Part shown: positions 40,016 to 52,000 of the stretch, piece after piece
How the letters are laid out: each line of letters opens with the position of its first letter
How positions within the stretch are numbered: the stretch's first letter is position 1
Source: an uncultured cyanobacterium
GTDB lineage: Bacteria; Cyanobacteriota; Cyanobacteriia; Cyanobacteriales; Cyanobacteriaceae
NCBI GenBank assembly: GCA_963749915.1
Contig: CAVVOP010000008.1
Coordinates: 864,001 to 928,000 of the forward strand
Reading direction: 5' to 3'
DNA: 64,000 bases
The notes under the pieces: generated by a model
Seen by the model: only the letters and a program-made list of their open reading frames with translations
What the model was told of the DNA's origin: nothing
Database searches by the model: none
Made by a program: the position numbers and the translations under genes

Positions 40016-41908
40016 TAGGACACAGTATCAGGGAAGAATTCCGCCCCTAACTCCTCAACCGTATCAACGACTAAAGCTCGATCGAGAAATTCATTCCGTC
40101 GTTCACAAGAAGTTTCTGCTATGAGCAAACAGCCATGACAAGCCGAACCATGTAAGTATCTCTCTTCTTGTCCATTAGTAGGTTGATGGCTAGAACAAAC
40201 AGGATCATTGGAGCATAGCCTGCCTATTTCCAAAGCTTTACTCAAATGTTCTTCAATTCTTCTGCCTACTTCTACCAATCCTCCTAATGTTCCCTCTGAA
40301 CCAGATGTTCCCGTGTAAAGTAAGATTCCATAGCCTGTATCATTAGCATAAATTCTTTCTTTAATGGCACTGGGAGCATAACCGCACTCTAAGGGAAACA
40401 GCGGTGATCAGTAAATGAGATAGAGAATGCAACATTATATAAGCTGCACCTGGAAAATTGGCTTTTTCTCTGGATATATTGCGAGAGTCCAACCAGAGAT
40501 TAAAACCATCTGACAACTCCTTAACTCTTTGTTTTACGGGATTTTTGTTCATCCACTCTTCTATTTTCTCGGGACGGAAATTAAGGAATACACCTTCTCC
40601 TTTATTCTCGATCGCTGGAACCCATTTATGCTCAAGATCTTCAAAGTCAAGACTAGCTCTTCTAACGTTGATTGCCAGGTCATCTAATTCACCCTCGATA
40701 TTAGGCATAGCCGCTTCAAAACGAGTAAAACCAACTAAAGCAATTACCTCTCGCAGTCGATGAACTAAGACAATGCGATCGATGAAAGGATACCATTGAG
40801 AATTTTGGTCTTCTATTAGTAAGGCTTGAGCGTCAAAGTTATCATTTTCACTGCCTGAAGTAGCGTTTCTCTCTTCTCCACAGTTGAGTAGAGCTTCTAA
40901 CTCTACCTGTTTGATACTCTTTTCCACAGGAGGTTGTCCACTTTTACGTCGTTGTATTTCCTCCCAAACTTGAGCTAAGGAAAATGATTGTAGGTCAGCA
41001 TACTTAGGCTTTTTTAATGTTTTTCTGACATCATCAATATCTTCTTCGTATTCCAGGTCATCATCGTAAAATTTGTCCAGAGCTGTATTCAATTGGGCAT
41101 GGGGATCTGGAAGAGAAATAACACTGAGAATTTGGGTGAAATAAGCATTACTGGCAGAACGAACTAATAAACGATTGTACTCGGGTTTATCAGTGGGAAT
41201 TGTTTCTCCATCTTGAACTCGATAGGTATGGCAGGGAAATTGTCTTCCTTGTTCACCTAACCAAGGGCGATGTCCTTGACAAATACCTAAAACTTTGGAG
41301 TGTTTAACTTTAGCCTGTGATAAAGGTCGGCGTTTTCCACATTCACATCGAATATAAATATCCTCAAAGTCATTGCCTGAACCTGCCTCATCTAGCCACA
41401 ACTGACGACGACAAGAAGTATTGAAATCATCATGAGCAAATCCATACCATTCAATGTCGTTTAAATGTCCATTGACACAGGCTTGAACGAATCTGACTGG
41501 AACAACTGAGATGTTATTTCCCTCAAACTTGGCACCCCCTTTTACGGCATTGTACCTTAACAAAGGGCGAGTTCGATATTCTTTTACTCCCGTTCTGTAG
41601 GTTTGAGCAACATTGCCTAAGAACCATTGAGGAAAAACATAGGCATCAATCCCAGAAGAAGGGCTGGTGGGATCTGTATTTTTCTGTGGTGGGGTATAAA
41701 ATTTAACATCATCGATAGCCAATACTTGACAAACTTTATGTCTCAATCTATCTTCCCTGATGTATGTTTTCTCGCCCCTCCAGAAACTTAAACCAGATAT
41801 GATGACTGATTTTTCAGGTAAATCCACCATTGACCCTGGTCCAAAGGTAGTCAATAGTTGGCTTTGTCTTAATTCACTATTGGGAATTGATTTTTTGTTT
41901 GTTTTCAT
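40015..41908 (-). CDS. drmB: DISARM DrmB (DUF1998), frameshift near 40380
   Basis: RQSQLLTTFGPG...LHSLSHLLI; C-terminal CSNDPVC...ACHGCLLIAETSCE in another frame. Confidence 0.88.
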
Positions 41909-41929
41909 CGTGAGCTACCTCCGCATTAA

Positions 41930-44900
41930 CTATTTAGTTGATGAATCTTTAATCCACAATTCCACCGTTGGCTCAACGTCCCTTAAACTTCTTTGGGCTT
42001 TGAATTTCTGTTGTTCAAGAGGAGCTTCTTCGGATTTTAGTTCAAAAGCTGATAGCAATAAAGCAGAAACACTATCCACTTCGTTTTTATCGTATTGAAG
42101 TCGTAGTTCTTTATCGGCTCGACTTACCCATGTATCTACTAAATCGTTAATTCTGCCACGCAATTCCTGTCTTAATGTTTCACTTTCTTGACCCGATAAT
42201 TCAGGATTATGGGCTTCCGCACGACGTGAGATAATTTTGATAATGTTTTCTAATTCTTCCCTATGTTGATTCACCTGACTAGCACCAAGAGGCTTGGTCA
42301 TTTTAGCAATACCTAATCGAGCGAGGGCAACCATAACTCCTGCTAAACCTCGATCTAGGGCACGAGGAGAAAAGGGGGTAACGCTGGTGGCTTCTACAGC
42401 ACGATAAAAGCTATTATGCCAACTCTGAAAACGTTCATAATGCGATCGATCTCGGGGACGATGAATATTTAATAATGTGACTACTAACCCCGGACGTTTG
42501 GCATCTCGACCGACACGACTGGTACTCTGGATATATTCGGCGGCGGATTTTGGTTGTCCTAATACCACCATTAAACCGAGACGCACAATATCTAACCCCA
42601 CCGAAATCATGTTAGTAGCTAGGGCAACATCTACTCCGTTCTTTTTTTTATAGATAGGTGGTTTTCGACCTTTTGTAATCTCAAAAGTTGAGGTGAGCTT
42701 ATTTTTGGTTTCGGCTACTTTATCAGTGCTAACACGGGAAGTTAGTTCCTCTGGTTGGTCATCTATTTTTCGATTGTTAAAGTACGGGCTGACAGTTTCT
42801 CCTTGACGAATACGACGAGCGCCATAATTTGTTAACTGAGGGTTGATTTCATCTTCGACAATACGCCGACTACCTCCTAATTCCCTTAGAGAATTAAAAT
42901 ATCCTAATACTGTCATGTAGGGATCTGCTGGATTGGGGTTAATTCTCTGTTCATGGGCTGATTCCCATTCTTTTTGAGCGGTAGCAAGGAGAGCAAGATA
43001 AACTCTTAACAGAATTACTTTGGGACTTCTGCCTTGAGCGGCTACTCCTAAGTAGAGTCTGCCAGAGGATTGATCATTGCATTCATCAGGGAAGATTGTT
43101 TGAGCAAAAAATGAGTCATGACGATCTGAACTAGGAGGTGGAAATATATCTACACGAGGACGATCGAACAGAGCTTGTATTTGTTTTTGGGCTCTTCTGA
43201 CAGTAGCAGTGGAAGCAATTATTTTCGGGCGTATTTTTTTCTCTTCTAATTCTGTCTCAGATAGGCTTGAATTAATTTTTAAACTATTTTTTTCTTCTTC
43301 TGTTAATTCTCTGGTGCAAAGAGAATCGATCGCTGTTTCGTAAAGTCCTACCATTGTACCTAAGGGACCAGAAATTAAATGTAACTCATCTTGAATAATT
43401 AAATCTGGCGGTGGCAAAGGTTCAGATAAAGGCTTACCTCCTCTCGTGCCGTCAGCAGGGCCAAAAAAGCCGATATTTTCTAGATAATGGGTGACTTTCC
43501 CAAATAATGCTCCTGTTTGTCCCACCCAAGGAAGGTTAGCAAATTTATCCACGGTGGCAATTATGAAGCAGGGTAAACGACGATAGATTGTTTCATCTAC
43601 CGCAACTATGGGTAAACAGCGATCTCCTCTAAATGTGCAACGACGACTAGGACAAGTAACTCTTAAATCTTGAGGTTGATCTGGATTTGGTCTTAAAGCA
43701 AAAGAGTCGGGATTGAAAGGTTCACCACACCAAGGACATTTTTCCAAAGGAATGGGAGATGTTTGAGTTTTACCTCTTTGAAAGTCAAGGGTTTTTTTCC
43801 GAGCCGAATAATCATCTTTATCCCCTTTTTTGCCCATCTTATTGGGAGTAGCGGCACTACCTACCCACAAGCCAATCTCAAAGGGATGTTTGCCTAAACG
43901 AATATTTTTCATCCGTTCGATTTCTAAGGCACAGATCAAGCGAGATGCTCTTTCTAACTGATCTAAGGTTAGTAAGCGGAGGGTATAACGCATTAACACC
44001 GTCAACCCAGCCGACTGAATCCCAGGGTAACGAAATCTTCTTAACACAATGGTAAAAGCCGCTAAACCCAAATAGGCTTCCGTTTTACCACCCCCTGTAG
44101 GGAAGAAGAGCAAATCCACAACTTCTCGATCTGCACTGGCAGGGTTTGCCATACCTTGGAGATTTAGCAAAATAAATGCTAACTGGAATGGTCGCCATTG
44201 AGGTGGGTCAAATTCTGTGGGAGCTTTGCCTTGTTCTTGAGCTAATTGTTGACGGCGGGAAAGAGCGATCGCTCTATTTGCTATTTGAAATGCCTCTAAT
44301 ACATCGGGAGCTTCTAAAAGGTTTAAACCTTCCTCAATGCGTTTACCAGCCCTCTGAGCATCATTTAAAAGCTTATGAGCAACATCTTGACACTGTCCTA
44401 CCAATGGTGTTTGTCTTTGTTCTGCGATCCACTGCTCGTAGGCTGTCACCATGGGGCTAATCATAGCTTTGATCGCTTCGGCTGAGGGGGCGGAGGCGAT
44501 CGCTTCCATGCCTAATTCCACATCGGGAGGAGTAAAGGGTGCAACCCTTGGCACTTCGGCAGTAGGTAGCCATGTAGTCGCAATTTTATAACACTTATCT
44601 TCTTGGGCAAAGGAAATTGCTGAGACGTTATGCCCCACCGCAAATTCATAATCATGACGATATTGCAAATTCGCTACTGCTTCATCCCAATCATTGCCAT
44701 TTTCACCGCGATTGTCACAGCGACCAATAAAACCTTCTTTAGATTCTAAAGTCAGATGAGTTTGAAAGGCAAAACTGCAATCAATAGCTTCATCAAGGGA
44801 GAATATCACGATAGTTGACCACAAAGATTGAGATCGAGCGAGTGCCTGGAGGGAAAGAAGCCGAATGAACAGGGCGATTAGTAATAAAGAGTTTTAAACC

Positions 44901-45527
44901 TCTGCTATTAGGGATATTAATTCTTTGTTTTTGTTTATCTGGGGAAAGAGGAATCGTAATTTCTACAGAGTTAGGTTTGCGTTGCCATAAGACTAAATCT
45001 TTCTTGTTAGTTTGATTGTCCGCTATGGCTTCTGTTTTATCCTTATCTCCTGATTCCATATCGCCCCCCTTACTGAGATTTAATTCTAGATTGCCCCCCT
45101 TAGTAAGGGTTGGAGGGATCTGGATCTCATTCTCAGCTTCAACAGAGGTTAGAGAGACATTTTCATCCACCACAAAATAATCACCCCAACATACTTGAGC
45201 TTTTATGTCGCTAACAGTATCCCTCAGAAGGAAACTTAAACCCATAGAAGAAGGAAAAGGTACTTTCTTCGCCGTCACATTCTCTGGTATCGGGTTATCT
45301 TCGGCGGAGAGATTCCCCACTTCCTGCTCTAAATTTTCATCGCCACTATCATCGGATTTTTGTTCTAATTTGGCTCCCAAGGGGGCTAAAAACCCCGTTA
45401 AATACCACTTAGAAGGAGCTTGAGTTAGCTTTTCCGTTGCATATTTATCATCATCAGATGTTGGTCCAATTAAGTCTAATTGCAGAGCCTCTACCAATCT
45501 ATTTCTTACTTGAGCTGATGTTGTCAT
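41930..45527 (-). CDS. drmA: DISARM helicase DrmA, frameshift near 44810
   Basis: PTGGGKTEAY, QDELHL, ATNMISVGLD and QSTSRVGR motifs; N-terminus in ORF 44793-45527. Confidence 0.9.
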
Positions 45528-45587
45528 AAAATTAACTCCTCATCATAGCAATCACTATCTGTCTATTCATCAATTAATCTTTCTCCC

Positions 45588-45872
45588 TTAATGATTGCTA
45601 ATTTCCCCAAGAGCATTATTAATAACCTTTTCTTCTACTCCGTGACGTTTTAAGCTATCAATCAATTCTAGAAGATGGCCCTGTTCTAGTTTCTCCAAAT
45701 CCTGACGTAATCCTTGTCCTATATAAGCTCTAATTAAAGGTTGATAGCCTGAAAATCCTAATAAGGGGGCGATGGTTTTTAATTCCTCCACTACGTCTTC
45801 AGGAATACGGAGGGTAACACTCTTCATGGGGCGATCTTTTTTTAGTCTCTGTTTCAAAGTCTCAATTTTCAT
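45588..45872 (-). CDS. BrnA-like antitoxin
   Basis: SVTLRIPEDVVEELK...GYQPLIRAYI; downstream of BrnT. Confidence 0.75.
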   Translation of the reverse strand: MKIETLKQRLKKDRPMKSVTLRIPEDVVEELKTIAPLLGFSGYQPLIRAYIGQGLRQDLEKLEQGHLLELIDSLKRHGVEEKVINNALGEISNH

Positions 45873-46167
45873 AGTAGTTACGTTCTTGACGGGTTGCTCG
45901 ACGAGCAGAAATAATGCGAATCATGTCGTTTTCTTGTTGAATATGAACGACAAATAAGAGGTAATTATTTTTATCCATGCCGATAACAGCATCTCTGGTT
46001 TCATGATTACGACTTGCATCTACTACCACTAAAAAGGGGTCAAAAAAAGCTTCTGCCGCTCTTTCAAAGGTAATGCCATTATGCTTAATCGGGTTTTGTT
46101 TGGCTTTTTCTTCATTCCAAATAAAGGTTATACCATTGAGGATAAATTTGAGATCCATTCTACTCAA
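45862..46167 (-). CDS. brnT: BrnT toxin
   Basis: WNEEKAKQN..KH.GITFE.A...RIISARRAT. Confidence 0.88.
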   Translation of the reverse strand: MSRMDLKFILNGITFIWNEEKAKQNPIKHNGITFERAAEAFFDPFLVVVDASRNHETRDAVIGMDKNNYLLFVVHIQQENDMIRIISARRATRQERNYYEN

Positions 46168-46287
46168 TTATAGTTAACTTCGTATTGACAATGTCAATAT
46201 TTTATTCTCTCATCAATTTGTCTTTTATCCTTCAAAACAAAGTTGCCAGAGCATTAGCCTAAATAATCTTATATTTCTGATAACGAT

Positions 46288-46695
46288 TTAATTATCTGAG
46301 CTAAACCCTTTACCTTTCTGGGATGATTTACTTGGCTTGATCTGCATTTTGTTATTAGAGGATGATTTGATAGTTTCACTACCTTCCTCTTTTTGATTAT
46401 TTCCCTTAGAAGTTATCGCCAATAAGCCCATAAAGCCAATTGATAATCCTTGAACGGGAGGAAACATCATCAATGGTACTCCGAGAAAAAATGACACGAC
46501 TCCCAGCCAGATTAAATGAAATGGCGATCGATGAAATGCTAAAACCACTACAATACAAATAATATAAAGTAACAAAGAAGGTATAGTGGCAGGAAATACA
46601 CTTTTTCCATTAGCAATAAGATATCTGAGGGATAAAAACTGCCACAATGCCCAAAATAATGCAATTCCCAGAGTGATATTTTCAGCTATTTCCAT
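46288..46695 (-). CDS. Hypothetical membrane protein
   Basis: 3-4 hydrophobic segments. Confidence 0.55.
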   Translation of the reverse strand: MEIAENITLGIALFWALWQFLSLRYLIANGKSVFPATIPSLLLYIICIVVVLAFHRSPFHLIWLGVVSFFLGVPLMMFPPVQGLSIGFMGLLAITSKGNNQKEEGSETIKSSSNNKMQIKPSKSSQKGKGFSSDN

Positions 46696-46733
46696 AGGTA
46701 AAACTTGTTTAGATCATGACCATATAATATAGT

Positions 46734-47154
46734 TTATGGCATTTTTTCATATTCAATTAGATTAGCAATAGCGGTAGTGATTTCCTGTAATTTTTCAGGA
46801 CTTACCATTCCTAGCTTACGGATATAGCGTTGAAAATCTATGCTTCTGGTTTATAAAGCATCGGCTGCCGATTTTTTCCTTAATCCATTCGTGGAATTTG
46901 CTTCGAGTTCAATATGCCAAAGATTATTGACAAAGTAGTCTTTCCAGTCGGTTATCGGCACGACTAATTTAAACGGTAACTTACAAGACTGCTGGCTAAT
47001 TCGTAAAACTACGATTATTTACTACTATGCTCCCCTCTCCCAAAGTTGGGAGAGGGGCTGGGGGTGAGGGCTAAAGAGTTTTCTTGATTTCTGCCCCAAT
47101 GGTAAGATCTAAGTTGACTAGCCAAATTTCAACTCTTTGAGGCTTAATAGTCAT
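46734..47154 (-). pseudogene. PemK/MazF toxin pseudogene interrupted by a REP-like palindrome
   Basis: EIWLVNLD.TIGAEIKKT, then the insertion at ~47030-47072, then LVVPITDW...NGLRKKSAADA...RKLG. Confidence 0.7.
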
Positions 47155-47206
47155 ATATCTCTCCTCTATCAAGGTTAACCCACTCCTGCCATAATTTATC
47201 TTGCTC

Positions 47207-47452
47207 TTAGTGCCCTTGAATAGCTTCTGCTTGTTCTGCTAACATTTGACGATGTTCGGCAAGGGATGTTTTTATAACGTCATATTGAGAGTTAGTCGAT
47301 TCAGAGGAGTCATTATTACTATCATTGATAGTTTTATTTTCAGGCACGATTAAAATTACTTCTACATTCTCCCCTTCTGGTAATGCGGGGAGGTTTATCT
47401 CTAAACGATTTCCTTTTTGTATTGTTGCTGTAAGATAGTGAGTTATTTTCAT
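47207..47452 (-). CDS. Putative antitoxin of the PemK pseudogene
   Basis: LEINLPALPEGENVEVIL; directly upstream of the toxin remnant. Confidence 0.55.
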   Translation of the reverse strand: MKITHYLTATIQKGNRLEINLPALPEGENVEVILIVPENKTINDSNNDSSESTNSQYDVIKTSLAEHRQMLAEQAEAIQGH

Positions 47453-47460
47453 ATTTGGTG

Positions 47461-47793
47461 TTAATCATCAAAGCCTAACCATTCTCTGAGAGCATTTTTC
47501 AGATTTTTTACGTCTTCTGAGTTTAAAATTCCTATTTTTTTGATAATCAGAGTTTCTTTAATGGTAAAAATACCTCTTTTTACTGAACTCTCTACGTTTA
47601 ATCCCGCACTTTGCCAATTTGCTAGAATAAACTCTCCTCTTTGTAAATTTTGAGTGCGACTGCTTAGAGGTACGATAAAGTAGTCTTGAGAAGGATGAGA
47701 AGCACTAACAATAATAGCAGGGCGAACTTTGGTCGTAGATAAATCAGAGAAGGGATATTTAACCAAAATGACATCGTGTTTAGAGTAGCTCAT
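47461..47793 (-). CDS. PemK/MazF-family toxin
   Basis: DVILVKYPFSDLSTTKVRPAIIVS...GLNVES. Confidence 0.85.
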   Translation of the reverse strand: MSYSKHDVILVKYPFSDLSTTKVRPAIIVSASHPSQDYFIVPLSSRTQNLQRGEFILANWQSAGLNVESSVKRGIFTIKETLIIKKIGILNSEDVKNLKNALREWLGFDD

Positions 47794-47983
47794 TGTAAAC
47801 TTCCTCGTCTGGATGCTCCCAAATTTGTTCTAATGATGCTTGACTAGCCTGTAACCAAAATTCTTCTTCCTCCACATCGTTAATTTGTTCATCCTTAGCT
47901 ATCTCACCAACTAAAAATTGTAAGAGGCGAATTTTGTCTAGTTTATTCAGTTGTTTAACGGTAGGAAATAAGTCTTGAATCAC
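47780..47983 (-). CDS. Antitoxin partner of PemK
   Basis: SLEQIWEHPDEEVYNEL C-terminus; overlaps the toxin start. Confidence 0.65.
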   Translation of the reverse strand: MIQDLFPTVKQLNKLDKIRLLQFLVGEIAKDEQINDVEEEEFWLQASQASLEQIWEHPDEEVYNELL

Positions 47984-48094
47984 TTGTAATAATTTCAGGT
48001 GTCATCATAAAGAGGATTTCACATATTATAACAATGTTGTTATTTCTCAACGATTCTCTTTTTGTACTTTTGCGCTGAGATAGTGAGTTGTTTT

Positions 48095-48621
48095 TATAAT
48101 GTTAATAAACGAATAAAACCTGCTTGAGTAAAATGTTTATCAGTAAGCTAGTTTGCATCTAAGTTGACTAGTGAAGAGAGGGAACAGGCAACAGGTAATA
48201 TTTTCAAGCATTTATTATAGTTAATCTCAAAAAATGTAAGTTAAATGCGTCTTAGCTTAGTAAAGGCTTCAGTTATTCCTTCTTGTTTCATAATCACGAA
48301 ACTGATACAGTCAGTCAATCCCCAATCTTTATCCAAACGTTGACAATACAATTTCCACCCTTGTTGAAAAAGCTCATTACTAACAGGAATAACTAATAAA
48401 TCAGATACATTTCTCAAACGATTAATAAAGTTAATTGTCTGCTGTCTAAAATTAGCAGAATTTAAGGCATCAGCTACTTCTAAAAAGACAAAATCAGAGG
48501 TAATAAATTTATAATGTTCTTTCTTTAATTGCTTTCTTATTCTAATAGCAGAGTCATGAAAATTATCGTGATTATTGATTAATGCTAACCAGGCGGCAGT
48601 ATCGACAAAAACTTTTTTCAT
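48095..48621 (-). pseudogene. vapC: VapC/PIN toxin interrupted by a MITE
   Basis: VFVDTAAW...WGLTDCISF...EAFT, MITE, then TDKHFTQAGF. Confidence 0.8.
48146..48257. mobile_element. 112-bp MITE with TA target duplication (IS630-like)
   Basis: TA|AGCTAGTTTGCATCTAA...TTAAATGCGTCTTAGCT|TA; removing it restores the vapC frame (AFTTDKHF). Confidence 0.75.
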
Positions 48622-48846
48622 TTACTCTGTTTCTCTTTTTGGTGTGCCATGAAGATAATGATCGTGTTGATAGGCTAAATCCTTAATACCTGTATCAATT
48701 TGACAGTCTTGAATAATTGAATCCCATTCATCAATATCTTCATTTTTTCTTCTCTGACTACGACTTTTTAAAAGTTGATAAATTTCTTCTAAATCTTCTT
48801 CTGATAAGTAGTCTAATTCGGCTTTGATTAATTCTTTAATGCTCAT
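48622..48846 (-). CDS. VapB-like antitoxin
   Basis: DTGIKDLAYQHDHYLHG C-terminus; adjacent to the PIN gene. Confidence 0.75.
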   Translation of the reverse strand: MSIKELIKAELDYLSEEDLEEIYQLLKSRSQRRKNEDIDEWDSIIQDCQIDTGIKDLAYQHDHYLHGTPKRETE

Positions 48847-49095
48847 TTTTTTACTCTCCTATAATATTAGTTATCAGCTAAAATTTATCTAGTTTACGGT
48901 TGGTGATAAGAGGATGTTTGAAAAGCATCAGACGAACATTTGTGAAGAATTGTATGAGGTACTTAAACCCTGATTTGTTCGTGAATAAATCACTAATCCA
49001 AAATCTAAAATCTAAAATCCAAAATAAAACACCTGTTAATTAAGTACTTCTCAAAAACCTCTAAGTCGTTATTTGTTTATGTTAGCTCTAATTTC

Positions 49096-52000
49096 CTATG
49101 GCTCATTCCCTGTTCCCAAAGAAAGCTCTGTTTGCTCGCCACTCACTTTCGTTTTCTTCTTCTTAGGCTTCCTCGTAGTTTTTTTCTTGGGTTTACTGTC
49201 ATCTCCACCAACTCCCCTTAAGGTTTCTTCCTCAGCCCTCTGTTGATTTAACTCTAATAATCTGGCTAAGACTTCATCATGGGTGGTTTCATGCCAACGG
49301 TAACGCCACGGTAGTTTACGTTTACCTGTGCGCACCATACCATCAAAATTCATGGCTTCGTCGGCTGTGTCAAAGAAGTAGTCACCTGTGGCAATCCTTT
49401 CCTGTGCTTCTGTGGGTAACTCGGTATCGTCTTCAATGTCAAGGTAGTCGAGGGCGAATCCGCAGGTGGTGTCGATGTCATCCCAACCGTAAGCCTTTAA
49501 TACTGATTTATCCATTTCGTCATGTAATTCCCGCAGTTTAATTATCTCCTCATCGGTTTCGTGGGGGTTATGAAAACGGTTATAGGTGTCCGTTAAGCCT
49601 TGATTATTCCGTACCATTAATTCGGCTCGATATTCATAGTAGGTTTTACCGATTTCCTCTAATTCAGCTTCACTTCTGGCTTGTCTGCCATCAAAGGTAT
49701 TATCACCCTCACCCCTAACCCCTCTCCCATCGAGGGCATTGTCACCCTCACCCCTAACCCCTCTCCCATCGAGGGCGAGGGGAATATTATCAGACTCCCT
49801 TCCACCCTTGTGGGGGAAGGGCTGGGGATGGGGGGTATTAAGAGGATAGGGAAAAGGGAAGGTTTCAAAGCAGTCTGATAGGAGTATAACGTAAGTCTAT
49901 CTTCTAGTGATGAACCAAAAAATCTAGCCCATACTTCATGAATCTTGATTGAAGGACAGCAAAAGCTGAATAATTGTCTAATGGAAATACATATTAAAGT
50001 ATTAGAAAAAACCAGTTTTAACAGGTAGAAAAGTAAAGGATAAGTATTGTGTACTAAAACAGACATAACTAAAACACGATCGAGGGGTGCGATCGCCTTT
50101 TTCAATCCTGGTCTTTTTTCCGCATATTGCCACCAACGAACTCTTAAAGCATCTCTTTTTTGTTTATCTCTATCTGGCTTAACCTTTTCTTTTATAATAG
50201 CCATCAAATCAGGATAATCTCGCCAACATTCTTCCTCTGGGCGATCAAAAAAGTCAATAGCATAACGATAGTGACTATGATCGGGATTGCTATTAACTTC
50301 CTCACCGCCAATATAAGGAAAAATCACTTCTGCATTCTTGGGATTTTGCTCAATTAAACGGTGCATCTCAGCGATAGGAGTAGCATCGGGGTTACTATCA
50401 TCAAAAGTAAAACCCATCCCTAAAACAATGCTACCTTGAAAACTCTTATTCTGATTGGCTTTTAACTTTTCAGGATCTTCATTTCCCCCTGCATGAAATA
50501 GGAAAGCCGTGATTTTATCAGTTTCTCGTCCACCAATGGTTTTTCTGCCCTGATAGTCGCCTTTAAAGACATTAACCACACTGACAACAACTGCCGCCGC
50601 CCCTTGCCATTTCACTCGTTTATCGGCGTTGTATATAGTTGCACCGTTATTACAAATAAACCTTAACCCCGTAGTGCGTGTATCCCCTTGAGCGATGGTA
50701 TTAGTAGCAATTAGTCCAAAAGTACCATGCTGGCGAATGATCGTAAAAGCCCGACGGAAGAAATGGGCTACTAAATCAGAGTTACCATGAGCTTCAGGAT
50801 GAACAATTTTCAGCCAATCGAGATACCCTTCAGGATTGCTGTTAATGGTAGTATTTTTACCAGCAAAGGGAGGATTACCAATAATGGCATCAAAACCCGG
50901 ATTATCTCGCTCAAACACCTCTGGAAACTCCAATTCCCAATTAAAAGGAGTAATAGGCTTCTCTGTCTGACGGAGACTATTAGCAATGTTGTAAACGGGA
51001 TGATCAATTTCACCCTCACCCCTAACCCCTCTCCCATCAAAGGCGAGGGGAATCTCTGACTCCCTTCCCTCCTTGTGGGGGAAGGGCTGGGGATGGGGGG
51101 TATTCATTGATTGTTCACCCTCTTGGGGTAAAGACTGAGAATGAGGGGAAAAAGATAATTGAGATGCTCTCCAATGACGCACCACTTCGGCATATTCGCT
51201 TAACTTCTCCTCCCTTTCTTTTGTCTTGCTACCAGAGAAAAATGCCGCTACTTTCACATCACCGATTAATCGAGCCTCTTCTAACTGCATTTCCGCCTGT
51301 CGCCACTGCTGTAACTTAATCTCTGCATCCTCATCGGTTTGAGTATCTACCGATTGAATTTCATCTCGATAGGATTTAGCTTTATCTATTTTCTCCTTAA
51401 GCAACTTCATTAGCGGTAAATCTTGAGTACTATCCTTACCAAAAGAACCAATTTCCGCCCTGGTTAAACCGACAAGGGAATCCCCGCATTTAAGAGCATG
51501 ATCGACAAAAGTAAAGGGCAAATCTTTGGCTAAAGTGACTAACCAAAGGGATAACTTAGCTAGATTGACAGCAAAAGGATTTTTATCCACCCCATATAAA
51601 CACCGTTGAGCCACTAATCGTCGGGCATAAAGTAACGGCTCGATATTTTGAGGGATCTCCCTTCCACCTTTGTGGGGGTGGAGATGGGGGGTAATATCAG
51701 ACTCCCTTCTACCCTTTTGAGGAAAAGGTTGGGAGGTATTTAATGCTGTCCCTCTCCCATCGAGGGCGAGGGGAGCAATAGTAGAAGAAGTTAAGCTATT
51801 TTTAATAATTTGTAAGGCTTGAGGTAAGTCTTGCTCTACTCTCTCACTGGGTATTCTGACAAAACGAAGTCCTAGTGACTCCAAAAGTTCTTGACGTTGC
51901 CTATCTAAATCCTTTTGAGCTTCATGAATGCCACCGTCAATCTCTACAATTAACCTTTGTTCAGCACAGAAAAAATCAACTACAAAATTACCAATAGGTT

